64,000 bases of DNA. Source: Synechococcales cyanobacterium VAR_4_metabat_354 (GTDB lineage: Bacteria > Cyanobacteriota > Cyanobacteriia > Cyanobacteriales > Chamaesiphonaceae). The stretch lies in the NCBI GenBank assembly GCA_031414775.1, contig JANOQI010000036.1:32001-96000 (forward strand). The letters are read 5' to 3'. The stretch's first letter is position 1. Every line of letters begins with the position of its first letter. This document shows positions 9,864-20,010 of the stretch, one piece after another. The translations under genes were made by a program, and so were the position numbers. The notes under the pieces were generated by a model that saw nothing but the letters and a program-made list of their open reading frames with translations, ran no database searches and was not told the origin of the DNA.

Positions 9864-10112
9864 TTATTTGCCTTGGCTGATATTTTGGCGTATGGTAGCA
9901 CGGATGTGCGACCAGTCATCTAGGGTTATGGGAGTGGCAGAGCCAGATTGAACACCTTCAAGAGCGAGGGTTTCAAGGCTGGCTTGGCGAGTCTGATCTT
10001 CTTTGATAAGGGCTTGAATATATTCGCTGGCAGTGGCAAAGTGACCAGAGTCTATTTGGGTTTGGAGATAAGTGGTGACTTCTTCGGGGAGGTTGATGGG
10101 GAGGGTATTCAT
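9864..10112 (-). CDS. parD: Type II TA antitoxin, ParD/CopG RHH family
   Basis: INLPEE...SGHFATASEYIQALI...EGVQSG; 2 bp upstream of parE. Confidence 0.88.
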   Translation of the reverse strand: MNTLPINLPEEVTTYLQTQIDSGHFATASEYIQALIKEDQTRQASLETLALEGVQSGSATPITLDDWSHIRATIRQNISQGK

Positions 10113-10315
10113 GGCGATTTAAAAATTGTGGATGGTTTAGTATTTCAAAAGATGAGGGAGTGGGTGGGTCATCCTTAATTTTAAGCCTTGCCGAGTCTAG
10201 CTGCCTGCATTACTAGAGAGGAATTTTCCCATCAGCCAGTCCACCGTGCGTTTACCCCAAGAGAATGTCAAAATAGACTAACCGGTAAACTTAAAAACAA
10301 CCGAACTTAATATCC

Positions 10316-13300
10316 ATGACAATTTCTACCAAAAGTCCTTTTCACGAGCGGCTTTACCATCCCGATCGACCGATCCTCGTCCTAGATGGAGCGATGGGCA
10401 GTAACTTACAACTCCAAGATCTTACCGCTGAGGACTTTGGCGGGGCGCTTTATGAAGGCTGTAACGAATACCTCGTTTATACCAAGCCCGAAGCTGTAGC
10501 GAAGGTGCATCGGGACTTTTTGGCTGCTGGCGCTGACGTAATTGAAACTAATACCTTTGGCGGTACTCATTTAACCTTGGCCGAGTACGAACTAGCCGAT
10601 CGAGCTTATGAACTCAACAAAACTGCGGCGGAACTAGCCAAAAAAGTTACCGCCGAATTCTCCACGCCCGAAAAACCGCGCTTCGTGGCCGGTTCCATGG
10701 GTCCTGGGACTAAATTGCCTTCGATCGGACATATTGGTTACGACGAATTGGAATCAGCATACGCCGAACAGGCTAGGGGCCTGTTGGACGGCGGTGTCGA
10801 TTTATTTTTAGTCGAAACCTGTATGGACGTACTCCAAATCAAAGCCGCGCTCAACGGCATTGAAACTGTCTTTCAGGAAAGAAATGTCCGGTTACCCTTA
10901 ATGGTATCGGTCACCTTTGAACAGCAGGGGACGATGTTGGCTGGTTCTGACATCAGTGCTGTCGTGACGACATTAGAGCCTTATAAGATTGATATTTTGG
11001 GTCTAAACTGCGCCACCGGACCCGACTTGATGTCGCCCCACATTCGGTATTTGTGTGATCATTCTCCCTTTGTGGTGTCTTGTGTACCGAATGCTGGTTT
11101 GCCCGAAAATGTTGGCGGCCATGCCCACTACAAACTGACTCCGATCGAACTCAAAATGTCGGTAATGCGGTTTGTGGAAGACTGGGGTGTACAGGTGATT
11201 GGTGGCTGTTGTGGTACCAGTCCAGCGCACATTCAAAAATTGGCGGAGTTAGCATCGGAGTTGCAACCCAAAAAACGAGAACCAGTCTATGAACCAGCGG
11301 CTTCGTCGTTAATGACTACTCAAAACTACTTCCAAGAAAATTCTTTCTTGATTGTGGGCGAACGACTCAATGCTAGTGGCTCTAAAAAATGTCGTGATCT
11401 ACTCAACGCCGAAGATTGGGATGGCTTAGTATCTTTGGCTAGAGCGCAGGTCAAGGAAGGTGCCCAGATCCTCGATATCAACGTTGATTATGTGGGACGC
11501 GATGGCGTGCATGATATGCACCAAGTTGTTTCTCGCGTAGTTAATAGCGTTAACTTGCCCCTAATGCTCGACTCTACGGAGTGGGAGAAAATGGAAGCTG
11601 GCCTGAAAGTAGCTGGTGGCAAATGCTTGATCAATTCCACTAACTTTGAAGATGGCGAAGAACGTTTCTTCAAGGTCTTGTCCTTAGCCCGCAAATATGG
11701 GGCGGGGGTCGTGATCGGCACCATCGATGAAGAAGGGATGGCCAGAACCGCCCAGAAGAAATTTGAAATTGCCCAACGGGCTTACCGAGCGGCAGTGGAA
11801 TACGGGATTCCCGGTCGGGAGATCTTCTTTGATACTTTGGCCTTGCCGATTTCTACCGGGATTGAAGAGGATCGCGCTAATGGGCGGGCGACGATCGAAT
11901 CCATTAAGATGATTCGGGAAAATCTGCCAGATTGCCATGTGATTCTGGGGGTTTCTAATATCTCCTTTGGTTTGAATGCGGCGGCGCGGCAGGTGTTGAA
12001 CTCAATGTTCTTGCATGAAGCCATGACTGCGGGTATGGACGCGGCGATCGTCAGTGCCAACAAAATTCTACCGATGGCTAAGATTAGCCCCGAACACCAA
12101 AAGGTCTGTCGGGATTTGATCTTCGATCGACGCGAATTCACTGATGGTTTGTGTTCCTACGATCCTCTCGGGGAGCTGACTACCATCTTTACGGGGGCGA
12201 CGCTCAAGAAAACCAAGGAAGAAAGTGACAAGCTGCCGATCGATGAACGGTTGAAGAACCACATCATTGATGGCGAGCGGCTGGGATTGGAAGACAATCT
12301 GAAGCAAGCGATGGAAAACTATCCGCCGCTGACAATCATTAATAGTTTCTTGCTAGATGGCATGAAAGTCGTCGGCGAGTTATTTGGTTCCGGCCAGATG
12401 CAGCTACCTTTCGTGTTGCAGTCTGCTGAAACCATGAAAGCGGCAGTGGCCTTCTTGGAACCCTTTATGGAGAAATCCGAATCTGGGAATAACTCCAAGG
12501 GCACTTTCTTAATCGCTACCGTCAAGGGCGATGTGCACGACATCGGCAAAAACTTAGTGGATATCATCTTGACCAACAATGGTTACGAGGTGATTAACTT
12601 GGGAATTAAACAGCCGATCGAGAAAATCCTGGAAGCTTACCATAAACAGCCAGTAGACTGTATCGCCATGAGCGGCTTGTTGGTGAAATCCACGGCTTTC
12701 ATGAAAGACAACTTAGAAGCCTTTAATCAAAATGGCATCACAGTGCCGGTAATTCTAGGTGGTGCGGCGCTGACACCGAAGTTTGTCTATAAAGACTGTC
12801 AAGAGGTCTACCAGGGCAAGGTGGTCTATGGCAAAGATGCCTTTGCTGACTTGAACTTTATGGATAAGTTGATGCCTGCCAAGGTGGCTAGTAATTGGGA
12901 TGACCATCATGGCTTCTTAGATGAGGTGGGGACGGACGCAGCAGCGGCATTTACAGAAGAAGCTGTAACTACAGTTGCTAAAGATAAAGAACCCGTGGTG
13001 ATCGACACCGTTCGATCGGAAGCCGTATCATTGGAGATCGATCGACCGACACCACCATTTTGGGGTACCAAAATCCTCAAAGATGAGATAGTCCTCGCAG
13101 ATCTATTTTGGCACATGGATTTACAAGCTCTAATCGCTGGACAATGGCAATTCCGTAAACCCAAAGACCAAACTCGCGAAGAATACGACGCATTCCTCGC
13201 CGCTAAAGTCCACCCGATCCTGGAAGAGTGGAAAGCCAAAATCCTCACCGGAGCATGGCTCGAACCCCAACTCATCTACGGCTACTTCCCCTGTACCGCC

Positions 13301-13867
13301 GAAGGAAACTCCGTCCACGTCTACGATCCCAGCGTCATCGAGCAAGGCTTAACCCCCCACACAGCGACCCCCGTAGTCACCTGGACATTCCCCCGCCAAA
13401 AATCCCTGCGTCGTCTCTGTCTGGCTGATTTCTTCCGCCCCCTGTCAGAGAACAAATTCGACGTATTCCCGATGCAAGCCGTAACGATGGGCGAAGTCGC
13501 CAGCGAGCAGGCCCAAGTGTTATTCAAAGCCGATAACTATGCCAACTATCTCTACTTCCACGGGATGGCTGTCCAAATGGCTGAAGGTTTAGCCGAATGG
13601 GGACATGCCCGCATCCGCAAGGAGTTGGGTTATGGCGATTTAGAGCCAGATAATATTCGCGATATGTTGGCGCAACGCTATCAAGGTTCGCGCTATAGTT
13701 TCGGCTATCCAGCTTGTCCGAATGTAGCGGATCAGTTGCAGCAGTTGAAAATCATGAGTACGGAGCGGATGGGGATGACGATGGATGAGAGCGAGCAGCT
13801 ATATCCTGAGCAGTCTACTACTGCGTTGATTGTCTATCATCCTGTGGCTAAGTACTTTAGTGCTTAG
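10316..13867 (+). CDS. metH: B12-dependent methionine synthase
   Basis: [36 protein letters not shown] cobalamin motif, [10 protein letters not shown]. Confidence 0.98.
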   Translation: MTISTKSPFHERLYHPDRPILVLDGAMGSNLQLQDLTAEDFGGALYEGCNEYLVYTKPEAVAKVHRDFLAAGADVIETNTFGGTHLTLAEYELADRAYELNKTAAELAKKVTAEFSTPEKPRFVAGSMGPGTKLPSIGHIGYDELESAYAEQARGLLDGGVDLFLVETCMDVLQIKAALNGIETVFQERNVRLPLMVSVTFEQQGTMLAGSDISAVVTTLEPYKIDILGLNCATGPDLMSPHIRYLCDHSPFVVSCVPNAGLPENVGGHAHYKLTPIELKMSVMRFVEDWGVQVIGGCCGTSPAHIQKLAELASELQPKKREPVYEPAASSLMTTQNYFQENSFLIVGERLNASGSKKCRDLLNAEDWDGLVSLARAQVKEGAQILDINVDYVGRDGVHDMHQVVSRVVNSVNLPLMLDSTEWEKMEAGLKVAGGKCLINSTNFEDGEERFFKVLSLARKYGAGVVIGTIDEEGMARTAQKKFEIAQRAYRAAVEYGIPGREIFFDTLALPISTGIEEDRANGRATIESIKMIRENLPDCHVILGVSNISFGLNAAARQVLNSMFLHEAMTAGMDAAIVSANKILPMAKISPEHQKVCRDLIFDRREFTDGLCSYDPLGELTTIFTGATLKKTKEESDKLPIDERLKNHIIDGERLGLEDNLKQAMENYPPLTIINSFLLDGMKVVGELFGSGQMQLPFVLQSAETMKAAVAFLEPFMEKSESGNNSKGTFLIATVKGDVHDIGKNLVDIILTNNGYEVINLGIKQPIEKILEAYHKQPVDCIAMSGLLVKSTAFMKDNLEAFNQNGITVPVILGGAALTPKFVYKDCQEVYQGKVVYGKDAFADLNFMDKLMPAKVASNWDDHHGFLDEVGTDAAAAFTEEAVTTVAKDKEPVVIDTVRSEAVSLEIDRPTPPFWGTKILKDEIVLADLFWHMDLQALIAGQWQFRKPKDQTREEYDAFLAAKVHPILEEWKAKILTGAWLEPQLIYGYFPCTAEGNSVHVYDPSVIEQGLTPHTATPVVTWTFPRQKSLRRLCLADFFRPLSENKFDVFPMQAVTMGEVASEQAQVLFKADNYANYLYFHGMAVQMAEGLAEWGHARIRKELGYGDLEPDNIRDMLAQRYQGSRYSFGYPACPNVADQLQQLKIMSTERMGMTMDESEQLYPEQSTTALIVYHPVAKYFSA

Positions 13868-13988
13868 GATTGGTTAGGGCAAGGAAAAAATCAGGATATA
13901 TAATCTCGATTATCGCCTTGAAGTGTAGATGGGGACAATGCCCATCTACATCTACCGTTGTACTTCTGAAAGAAATTACCTGACTAAA

Positions 13989-14330
13989 ATGCAAATTGTC
14001 AATCGATCAAACACAGAACATTACTTGTGGGGCGTTGGTTGTGATGGCTGGCATCTTTTAAACAGAGACGAGATTAGCATCATCACAGAACGAGTTCCCG
14101 CAGGTGCTAGCGAACAACGTCATTTTCATGTTAATTCGCGACAATTCTTCTATATATTAACAGGTGAAGCTGTGATCGAAGTTGATGAAACCAGACATAT
14201 GTTGCAAGCACAACAAGGGCTAGAAATACCTCCTGGCGTAATTCATCAATTCTGTAATGAATCGAGTTATGAAGTTACATTCTTAGTAATATCATCTCCG
14301 AAATCTCATGGCGATCGAGTCCTTTTATAA
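13989..14330 (+). CDS. Cupin domain protein
   Basis: HYLWGVGCDGWHL, HFHVNSRQFFYILTG, IPPGVIHQ; likely start MQIVN at 13989. Confidence 0.85.
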   Translation: MQIVNRSNTEHYLWGVGCDGWHLLNRDEISIITERVPAGASEQRHFHVNSRQFFYILTGEAVIEVDETRHMLQAQQGLEIPPGVIHQFCNESSYEVTFLVISSPKSHGDRVLL

Positions 14331-14455
14331 TCTAATCATAGTAGCCCACCAATTCTAACAATCGAGTTATCGATCGATTATGCCCAATTGTTCGATCAAT
14401 ATTGACACTCGATCGACTCTGATGTTGCCGATGGTATGCCTCGCGATCGATTTAG

Positions 14456-14607
14456 TGGTGGTGGGATCGATCGTTATTTAGATTCGATCGGGTGGTAGGC
14501 TCGATCGTGTTTGGGGTGATGTTCGATCGATATTGATGGTGGTGGGATCGATCGTTATTTAGATTCGATCGGGTGTTGGTAGGCTCGATCGTGTTTGGGG
14601 GATGTGC
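14456..14607. repeat. Tandem ~81-bp CGATCG-rich repeat (about 2 copies)
   Basis: tggtggtgggatcgatcgttatttagattcgatcgggt..gtaggctcgatcgtgtttgggg at 14456 and 14537; degenerate pieces at 15248-15368. Confidence 0.85.
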
Positions 14608-14611
14608 GTAA

Positions 14612-15211
14612 CTATGCCCAAATCGAACTCAAATCCAGTGTGAATCCAGGCAAAACATCCTCACCACTCAGCGTCAAAGGATTTGCCAGTACCTCTACAT
14701 CACAATCTAGTCGATAGATTTCAACCTGACGATCTCGCGGATTTATCAACCAACCCATCCGCACGCCATTATCTCGATATTCCACCATTTTTGCTTGTAG
14801 CGGCGGCAATCGATCAGTTTCAGATCGCAACTCAATTACAAAATCTGGAACAAGTAAGGCAAATTTCTTTCGTTCCTCCTTACTTACAGCTTCCCACCGC
14901 GAGAGTTCTACCCAAGCTGCATCAGGGGATCTTTTACTACCATTCGGCAACGTAAATACAGTCGAAGAGCTAAAAGTCTTACCTAATCGCGTTTGACGGT
15001 TCCAAATGCCTAAATCTATGCCCAATTCAGATTCATAATTACCACTTTCTACGCCTACTGGTGGCATGACAACTAAAACTCCTTGGGCAGTTAACTCAAA
15101 CGATCGATCGGGATTTGCTTCACACACACGCTCGTACTGTTCGGCAGTAAATTTAACCGTACTGAGATCTACTGAAAGAGGATCTAATTCGGCAATCGCA
15201 ACGTTGGTCAT
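14612..15211 (-). CDS. Uma2 (DUF820) family putative endonuclease
   Basis: ELTAQGVLVVMPP, FSSSTVFTLPNG, SPDAAW, PDFVIELRS, GWLINP, GEDVLPGF. Confidence 0.92.
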   Translation of the reverse strand: MTNVAIAELDPLSVDLSTVKFTAEQYERVCEANPDRSFELTAQGVLVVMPPVGVESGNYESELGIDLGIWNRQTRLGKTFSSSTVFTLPNGSKRSPDAAWVELSRWEAVSKEERKKFALLVPDFVIELRSETDRLPPLQAKMVEYRDNGVRMGWLINPRDRQVEIYRLDCDVEVLANPLTLSGEDVLPGFTLDLSSIWA

Positions 15212-15415
15212 AAAACCTCCAACTACTTATCCTGCAAATATTATAGCCGATCGCGTTTGGGGTGATGTGCGATTGCCGAAGGCACGCTACGCGAACGATT
15301 TTGATGGTGGTGGTGGGATTCGATCGATTTGGTGATGGTGGGATCGATCGGGTATTGGCAGGCTCGATTAAATGTTGGATATAATGTTACTAGAGCTAGG
15401 AAGAATGAATAAATC

Positions 15416-15640
15416 ATGCCAGAGCAGTTAGAAGAACGCATCACCTTATTAGAAGCTGAAGTCGATCGGCTAAGACATAAAATCGATTCAAATCCAGCCG
15501 CTTTACCTTGGTGGGAAACAATAGCTGGTACCTTTGCTGAAAATTCTGCTTATGATGAAGCAATGAAATTAGGGCGTGAGTATCGAGAATCCGATCATGT
15601 AGCTGCTGTAGATGCAATAGATGAAAAATGTATATCTTAG
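15416..15640 (+). CDS. Putative VapB-like antitoxin
   Basis: LEERITLLEAEV...PWWETIAGTF...YDEAMKLGREYR; overlaps the start of a PIN gene. Confidence 0.7.
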   Translation: MPEQLEERITLLEAEVDRLRHKIDSNPAALPWWETIAGTFAENSAYDEAMKLGREYRESDHVAAVDAIDEKCIS

Positions 15641-16068
15641 ATACAGACCATCTTAGCGTTTTAGAGCGTAAAGAAGCTAATGCACAACCTCTTTTACAAC
15701 GACTCAGCGAGATCGATCCAGCTCAGATTTCAACAACTATCATTAGCGATGAAGAGTAAATGCGTGGATGGTTGAGCTATATCGCCAAAGCACAGAAAGA
15801 TGATAAGCAAGTCGAAGCCTATAAACAACTCAAGAACCAACTGATGAATTATTGTGCTATTCCAGTGATTGAATTCGATCTAGATGCAGTTAGAGAGTTC
15901 AATCGTCTTAGAAAGGTTTATCCAAGGTTAGGCACGATGGACTTAAAAATTGCAGCAACAACAATTGTCAATCGATCAATCCTACTAACAAGAAATTCAT
16001 CTGATTTTGGACAAATATCCGATTTGTCAATTGAAGACTGGACAACTCCTGTGGTAAATAAATATTGA
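15628..16068 (+). pseudogene. vapC: VapC/PIN toxin with in-frame TAA at 15757-15759
   Basis: ATG 15628 gives MYILDTDHLS...TTIISDEE*MRGW...GTMDLKIAA...LLTRNSSDF...IEDWT, all in one frame. Confidence 0.85.
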
Positions 16069-16121
16069 TACTCGATCGATTCTGGTCTAATGCCCGATGA
16101 TATTAATGTCGATTTCTCTAG

Positions 16122-19100
16122 TTAAGCACGATACTTCCCCCAAAACATCGCCTTAAAAACAAGTAAATAAGTAGTAACAGAAATCCGAGTCTCCAGAGTT
16201 TTAATATCTGGTCTTTCGCTATTAATTACGCCCCCTAAAGCTTGTAAAGTTGATTTTTGCGCCTGAGTTAGCCCTTTGATATTGTCAATCTTCATTCCTT
16301 CATAAAGGCGCAAAGATTGCCAGGTAGCCAGACATTTAGCAGCTTCTAAATCCCAAACCTTAATTGTTTCATCTACACTACCCGTAAAGGCAACCAGCTT
16401 AGGCAACTCCATTTCGGGTAGTTGAACGATCGCAACTTCGATCGCATAAATCAAACCACTATGACCAGTGAAAGTTTGTAAACATTGACCACTATTCACA
16501 TCCCACACTTTGAGAGTGCCATCCATTCCACCACTAATAATAAATTGATCGTCAGGACTAAACTGAGCACGGATCACCCATCCGCGATGCCCAGAGAAAG
16601 TTTGTAAACATTCTCCGGTTGCCACCAGCCAGAGTTTAATAGTACCGTCATAGCTGGTACTAATTAACCACTGACCATCAGAACTAAAAGCCACTGACCA
16701 CACACTATTAGTGTGTTCTTGAAGATTGTGATAACATTCACCAGAATTAGAATTGCACAATTTAATTGAGCCGTTAGTGTCACCACTAGCTAGCAGCTGG
16801 CCATCGGGACTAAAAGCCAAAAAAACCACTGAACTGGTGTGTTCTTGGATAGTTTGTAAACATTCACCAGTAGCAACATCCCAGATTTTTACAGTTTGGT
16901 CATAACTACCACTAGCTAACGTTTGACCATCAGGGCTAAAAGCCACTGACCAGACCCAACTGGTGTGTCCTCGGAGGGTTTGGAGACATTTACCCAATCG
17001 CCAATCAGATAACTTGATAGTGTGATCTGAACTACCACTAGCTAACAAATGTCCATTGGGACTGAATTTAACTGACCAGACACGATTGGTATGATCTTGT
17101 AAAACTTGAGTGACAGTACCACGAGCAACATCCCACACTTTGACAGTTTTATTTTCATACCCAGCAGCTAGATATCGACCATCGAAACTCAGAGACAGAG
17201 AGGAAACAGCGTCTGTATATCCGACGATCGTATTAATACAACGTCCCAGTTTTAAATTCCAAATTTTAGTAGTATGGTCATCACTACCACTGGCAAGTTG
17301 CTGACCATTAGGATGAAAGGCTACCGTCCAAATAGGACTACGATGACCCAGTAAAGTTTGTAGGCATTCGCCATTATTCAAGTCCCATAGTTTGATGGTT
17401 TGATCAAAGCTACTACTAACTAATTGCTGACCATCAGGACTAAAAGTAACTTTGCTGATCATGTTTTGGTGTCCGCTCAAGGTTCGCAAACATTCACCAG
17501 TAGCGACATCCCAAATCTTAATCAGACGATCATAACTACCGGTGGCGATCGATCGACCATTGGGATTAAAAGCCACCGAACGAATCCAATCCTCATGGGC
17601 TGTCCAAACAGCTAGGCACGATCCAGTAGCAATATCCCACAACCTTACAACGCAATCTTCGCCACCGCTCACGAGAGTACAGCCATCGGGACTGAAGGCG
17701 ATCGACCATACTCGACTGTCATGGCCAACTAGAGTCTGGATTTCAGGGTTTAACCGCCCCGGAAAAACTCGCCATAAACGAATAGTGCTGTCTTCGGAAG
17801 AACTAGCGATAGTTTCACCATCCGGGCTAAAGATAGCAGCGTTAACAGACAAAGTATGGCCAGTATATGTGCAGAGGCATTCACCCGTGAGCACATTCCA
17901 TAATTTAACCTTATAGTCATCGCCGGCACTGACTAGATATTGTCCATTGGGACTAAAATCAATTGCCCAAGCCCAATGCAAATGTCCTTGACAATAAGAA
18001 ACTTTGGCAAGGGTATCGGCATCCCAAATCTGAACATCACCCTTGGTATCACTGGTAGCTAAATACTTACCATCAGGACTAAAGGCGGTGCCGATGATAC
18101 CGCCAAAGGTTTCCGCAAAAACCGTCTGGCTAACTTGGCTACCGGTAAAATCAACATTATGCAATACAGCATCGATTAAGTAGGCTTGACGAATAGATAA
18201 ACCGGAGAAATCAAAGCCTTGGAGGTCAGTTTTCAAATGACACAATAGATTAAGCAAATTACCACAGGCATAACCAATGGTAGTTGGCGTTTGGTGTCGT
18301 AAGCTCACCAGAATTTGAGCCAGGTGCTTTTGGAGTTGCTCGATGGTGGCAAAATGAGTCAATAATTGATCGGCTAGGGGCTGCAAAATCAATTGAATTT
18401 GGGCATCCCGCAAATAATCTTGGGTTTGAGCTTCGATGAGAGCATGGGTTTTGAACAGGTTTAGGGTGCCAGTAATAACTTCGTTCTCTATCTGCCGGAT
18501 AAACCTTTCCGTGACATACTCCATAATGACCGGCTGTTGAGTGAGTCCCTGTTTGGTAGTCTCCACCAAAGACCTGTCGCGCAGTGTTTCTAATGTTTCT
18601 AATAATTGGGGCACTGGAGCTGGGGGGAATAATTCAGCTTGTAACCGTTTGGGAGTAACGCCTTCTCGATTAATGGCGAGCCAGTACATGACCTGCTGTT
18701 GCAAGATGGATAATCGATCGAACTGTTGGTCTAATAACTCCCAAAGGTGACTAAATACAGCCTTGCCTTCGGCTAAAAACTCTTGGATGTCTCCGTTAAA
18801 AAGGTTTTGAATATTGGTAGCTACCAACTTCAAAGCCAAGGGATTACCATCAACGTATTTAATGAGGTTCTCTTGGTCAGCAAGAGGAGCGGTAATGCCT
18901 TTGTCACTCAGAATACTTTGGGCATCAGCAATCGGTAGGCCAGCCAATTGTAACGACCGGACAGGAAGATTCTGTCCTTCCCGCAGAGTCATGCCGTTGG
19001 GTTTTTCTCGGCTGGTAATCACCAAACAACTCTGATGACTTTCATCACTAATTCGCTTAAAGATTTGACTATAGCCTTCGTATCCCGCCAGGGAACAACC

Positions 19101-19739
19101 GTTTTGATGGCCAGATTGTAAGATCGATTCGACGTTATCCAAAACCAGTAAACAGCGTTTTTGGCGCAACTGTTGCATTAATGAGGCGATTGAACTTTCC
19201 TGCACATCAGAACCGGTCAAAATCGGCAAGATTTCATTTAGCAAGTTGTCAGGAGTAGGGGCATTGCGTAAACTACGCCACACCACATATTCAAACTGAG
19301 ATTCCAACTGTTGAGCAAGTTTGACCGAAAGCGCTGTTTTTCCAATCCCTCCCCAGCCAAAAATGCCCACCATCCGACAATGGCTATCGGTTAACCAATG
19401 ATGCAAAGTCTGTAAAGTAGTTTGTCGGCCATAGAAATAAGAAACATCGATCGCTTCACCCCAATTTGTTTTGGTGAGAGATGCCTGGTAGCGTTGTAGG
19501 ATGGCTTGAAGATTACTCTTAGCAACTTTGATCCCCAAAATGCAAGACAGAGATTGCCATAACTGAGCAGCAATCTGTTTAATGTAGTCCGCATCGTAAC
19601 CTAATTCACCTCCGATCGTGGGGTAAGAATTTCCAGCCCAGACTCGTAACACGATTTCTGATTGGATATCTCGGAGCGTTGCTTGTTGATTTTTTTCAAG
19701 CAAGTGGTCGATGATTATGAGAGCTTCTTGTCCCGTCAT
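16122..19739 (-). CDS. STAND NTPase: N-terminal HTH-like, NB-ARC, ~14 WD40 repeats
   Basis: Walker A GWGGIGKT, Walker B LLVLDNVE, GNPLAL, repeated GH..WVWSVAFSPDG..LASGS.D.TVKIWD. Confidence 0.93.
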   Translation of the reverse strand: MTGQEALIIIDHLLEKNQQATLRDIQSEIVLRVWAGNSYPTIGGELGYDADYIKQIAAQLWQSLSCILGIKVAKSNLQAILQRYQASLTKTNWGEAIDVSYFYGRQTTLQTLHHWLTDSHCRMVGIFGWGGIGKTALSVKLAQQLESQFEYVVWRSLRNAPTPDNLLNEILPILTGSDVQESSIASLMQQLRQKRCLLVLDNVESILQSGHQNGCSLAGYEGYSQIFKRISDESHQSCLVITSREKPNGMTLREGQNLPVRSLQLAGLPIADAQSILSDKGITAPLADQENLIKYVDGNPLALKLVATNIQNLFNGDIQEFLAEGKAVFSHLWELLDQQFDRLSILQQQVMYWLAINREGVTPKRLQAELFPPAPVPQLLETLETLRDRSLVETTKQGLTQQPVIMEYVTERFIRQIENEVITGTLNLFKTHALIEAQTQDYLRDAQIQLILQPLADQLLTHFATIEQLQKHLAQILVSLRHQTPTTIGYACGNLLNLLCHLKTDLQGFDFSGLSIRQAYLIDAVLHNVDFTGSQVSQTVFAETFGGIIGTAFSPDGKYLATSDTKGDVQIWDADTLAKVSYCQGHLHWAWAIDFSPNGQYLVSAGDDYKVKLWNVLTGECLCTYTGHTLSVNAAIFSPDGETIASSSEDSTIRLWRVFPGRLNPEIQTLVGHDSRVWSIAFSPDGCTLVSGGEDCVVRLWDIATGSCLAVWTAHEDWIRSVAFNPNGRSIATGSYDRLIKIWDVATGECLRTLSGHQNMISKVTFSPDGQQLVSSSFDQTIKLWDLNNGECLQTLLGHRSPIWTVAFHPNGQQLASGSDDHTTKIWNLKLGRCINTIVGYTDAVSSLSLSFDGRYLAAGYENKTVKVWDVARGTVTQVLQDHTNRVWSVKFSPNGHLLASGSSDHTIKLSDWRLGKCLQTLRGHTSWVWSVAFSPDGQTLASGSYDQTVKIWDVATGECLQTIQEHTSSVVFLAFSPDGQLLASGDTNGSIKLCNSNSGECYHNLQEHTNSVWSVAFSSDGQWLISTSYDGTIKLWLVATGECLQTFSGHRGWVIRAQFSPDDQFIISGGMDGTLKVWDVNSGQCLQTFTGHSGLIYAIEVAIVQLPEMELPKLVAFTGSVDETIKVWDLEAAKCLATWQSLRLYEGMKIDNIKGLTQAQKSTLQALGGVINSERPDIKTLETRISVTTYLLVFKAMFWGKYRA

Positions 19740-19850
19740 TTTCCCACATTATGTTGTTGGACTAACACCTATTATAAGGCGATCTAGTAGCAGAATCAGT
19801 GAGCTAGGGATTCAAACAGTCATATTTATTAATATTTAGCCACCAAAATT

Positions 19851-19898
19851 ACTGACTTTTTCTCACTGACAAATCGATCAGAGTTAATCTAGACTGAC
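19851..19898. promoter_or_regulatory. Phased ACTGAC direct repeats in a divergent intergenic region
   Basis: ACTGAC at 19851, 19865 and 19893 (14 and 28 bp spacing). Confidence 0.45.
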
Positions 19899-20010
19899 GA
19901 TCAAGCAACAGCATTGATTTTTAGTTGGTGTCGATTTAAGAAGATGGGATTCATCAATATCGATGCACTATAGAAAAATATATTGAATTTTTGTATTCAG
20001 GGAAAATATT

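Noticed and set aside
10113..10315. Cobalamin riboswitch upstream of metH
   Set aside because: No recognisable B12-box or conserved core.
14456..14607. Possible CRISPR array
   Set aside because: Units are contiguous with no unique spacers, only about two copies, and no cas genes are present.
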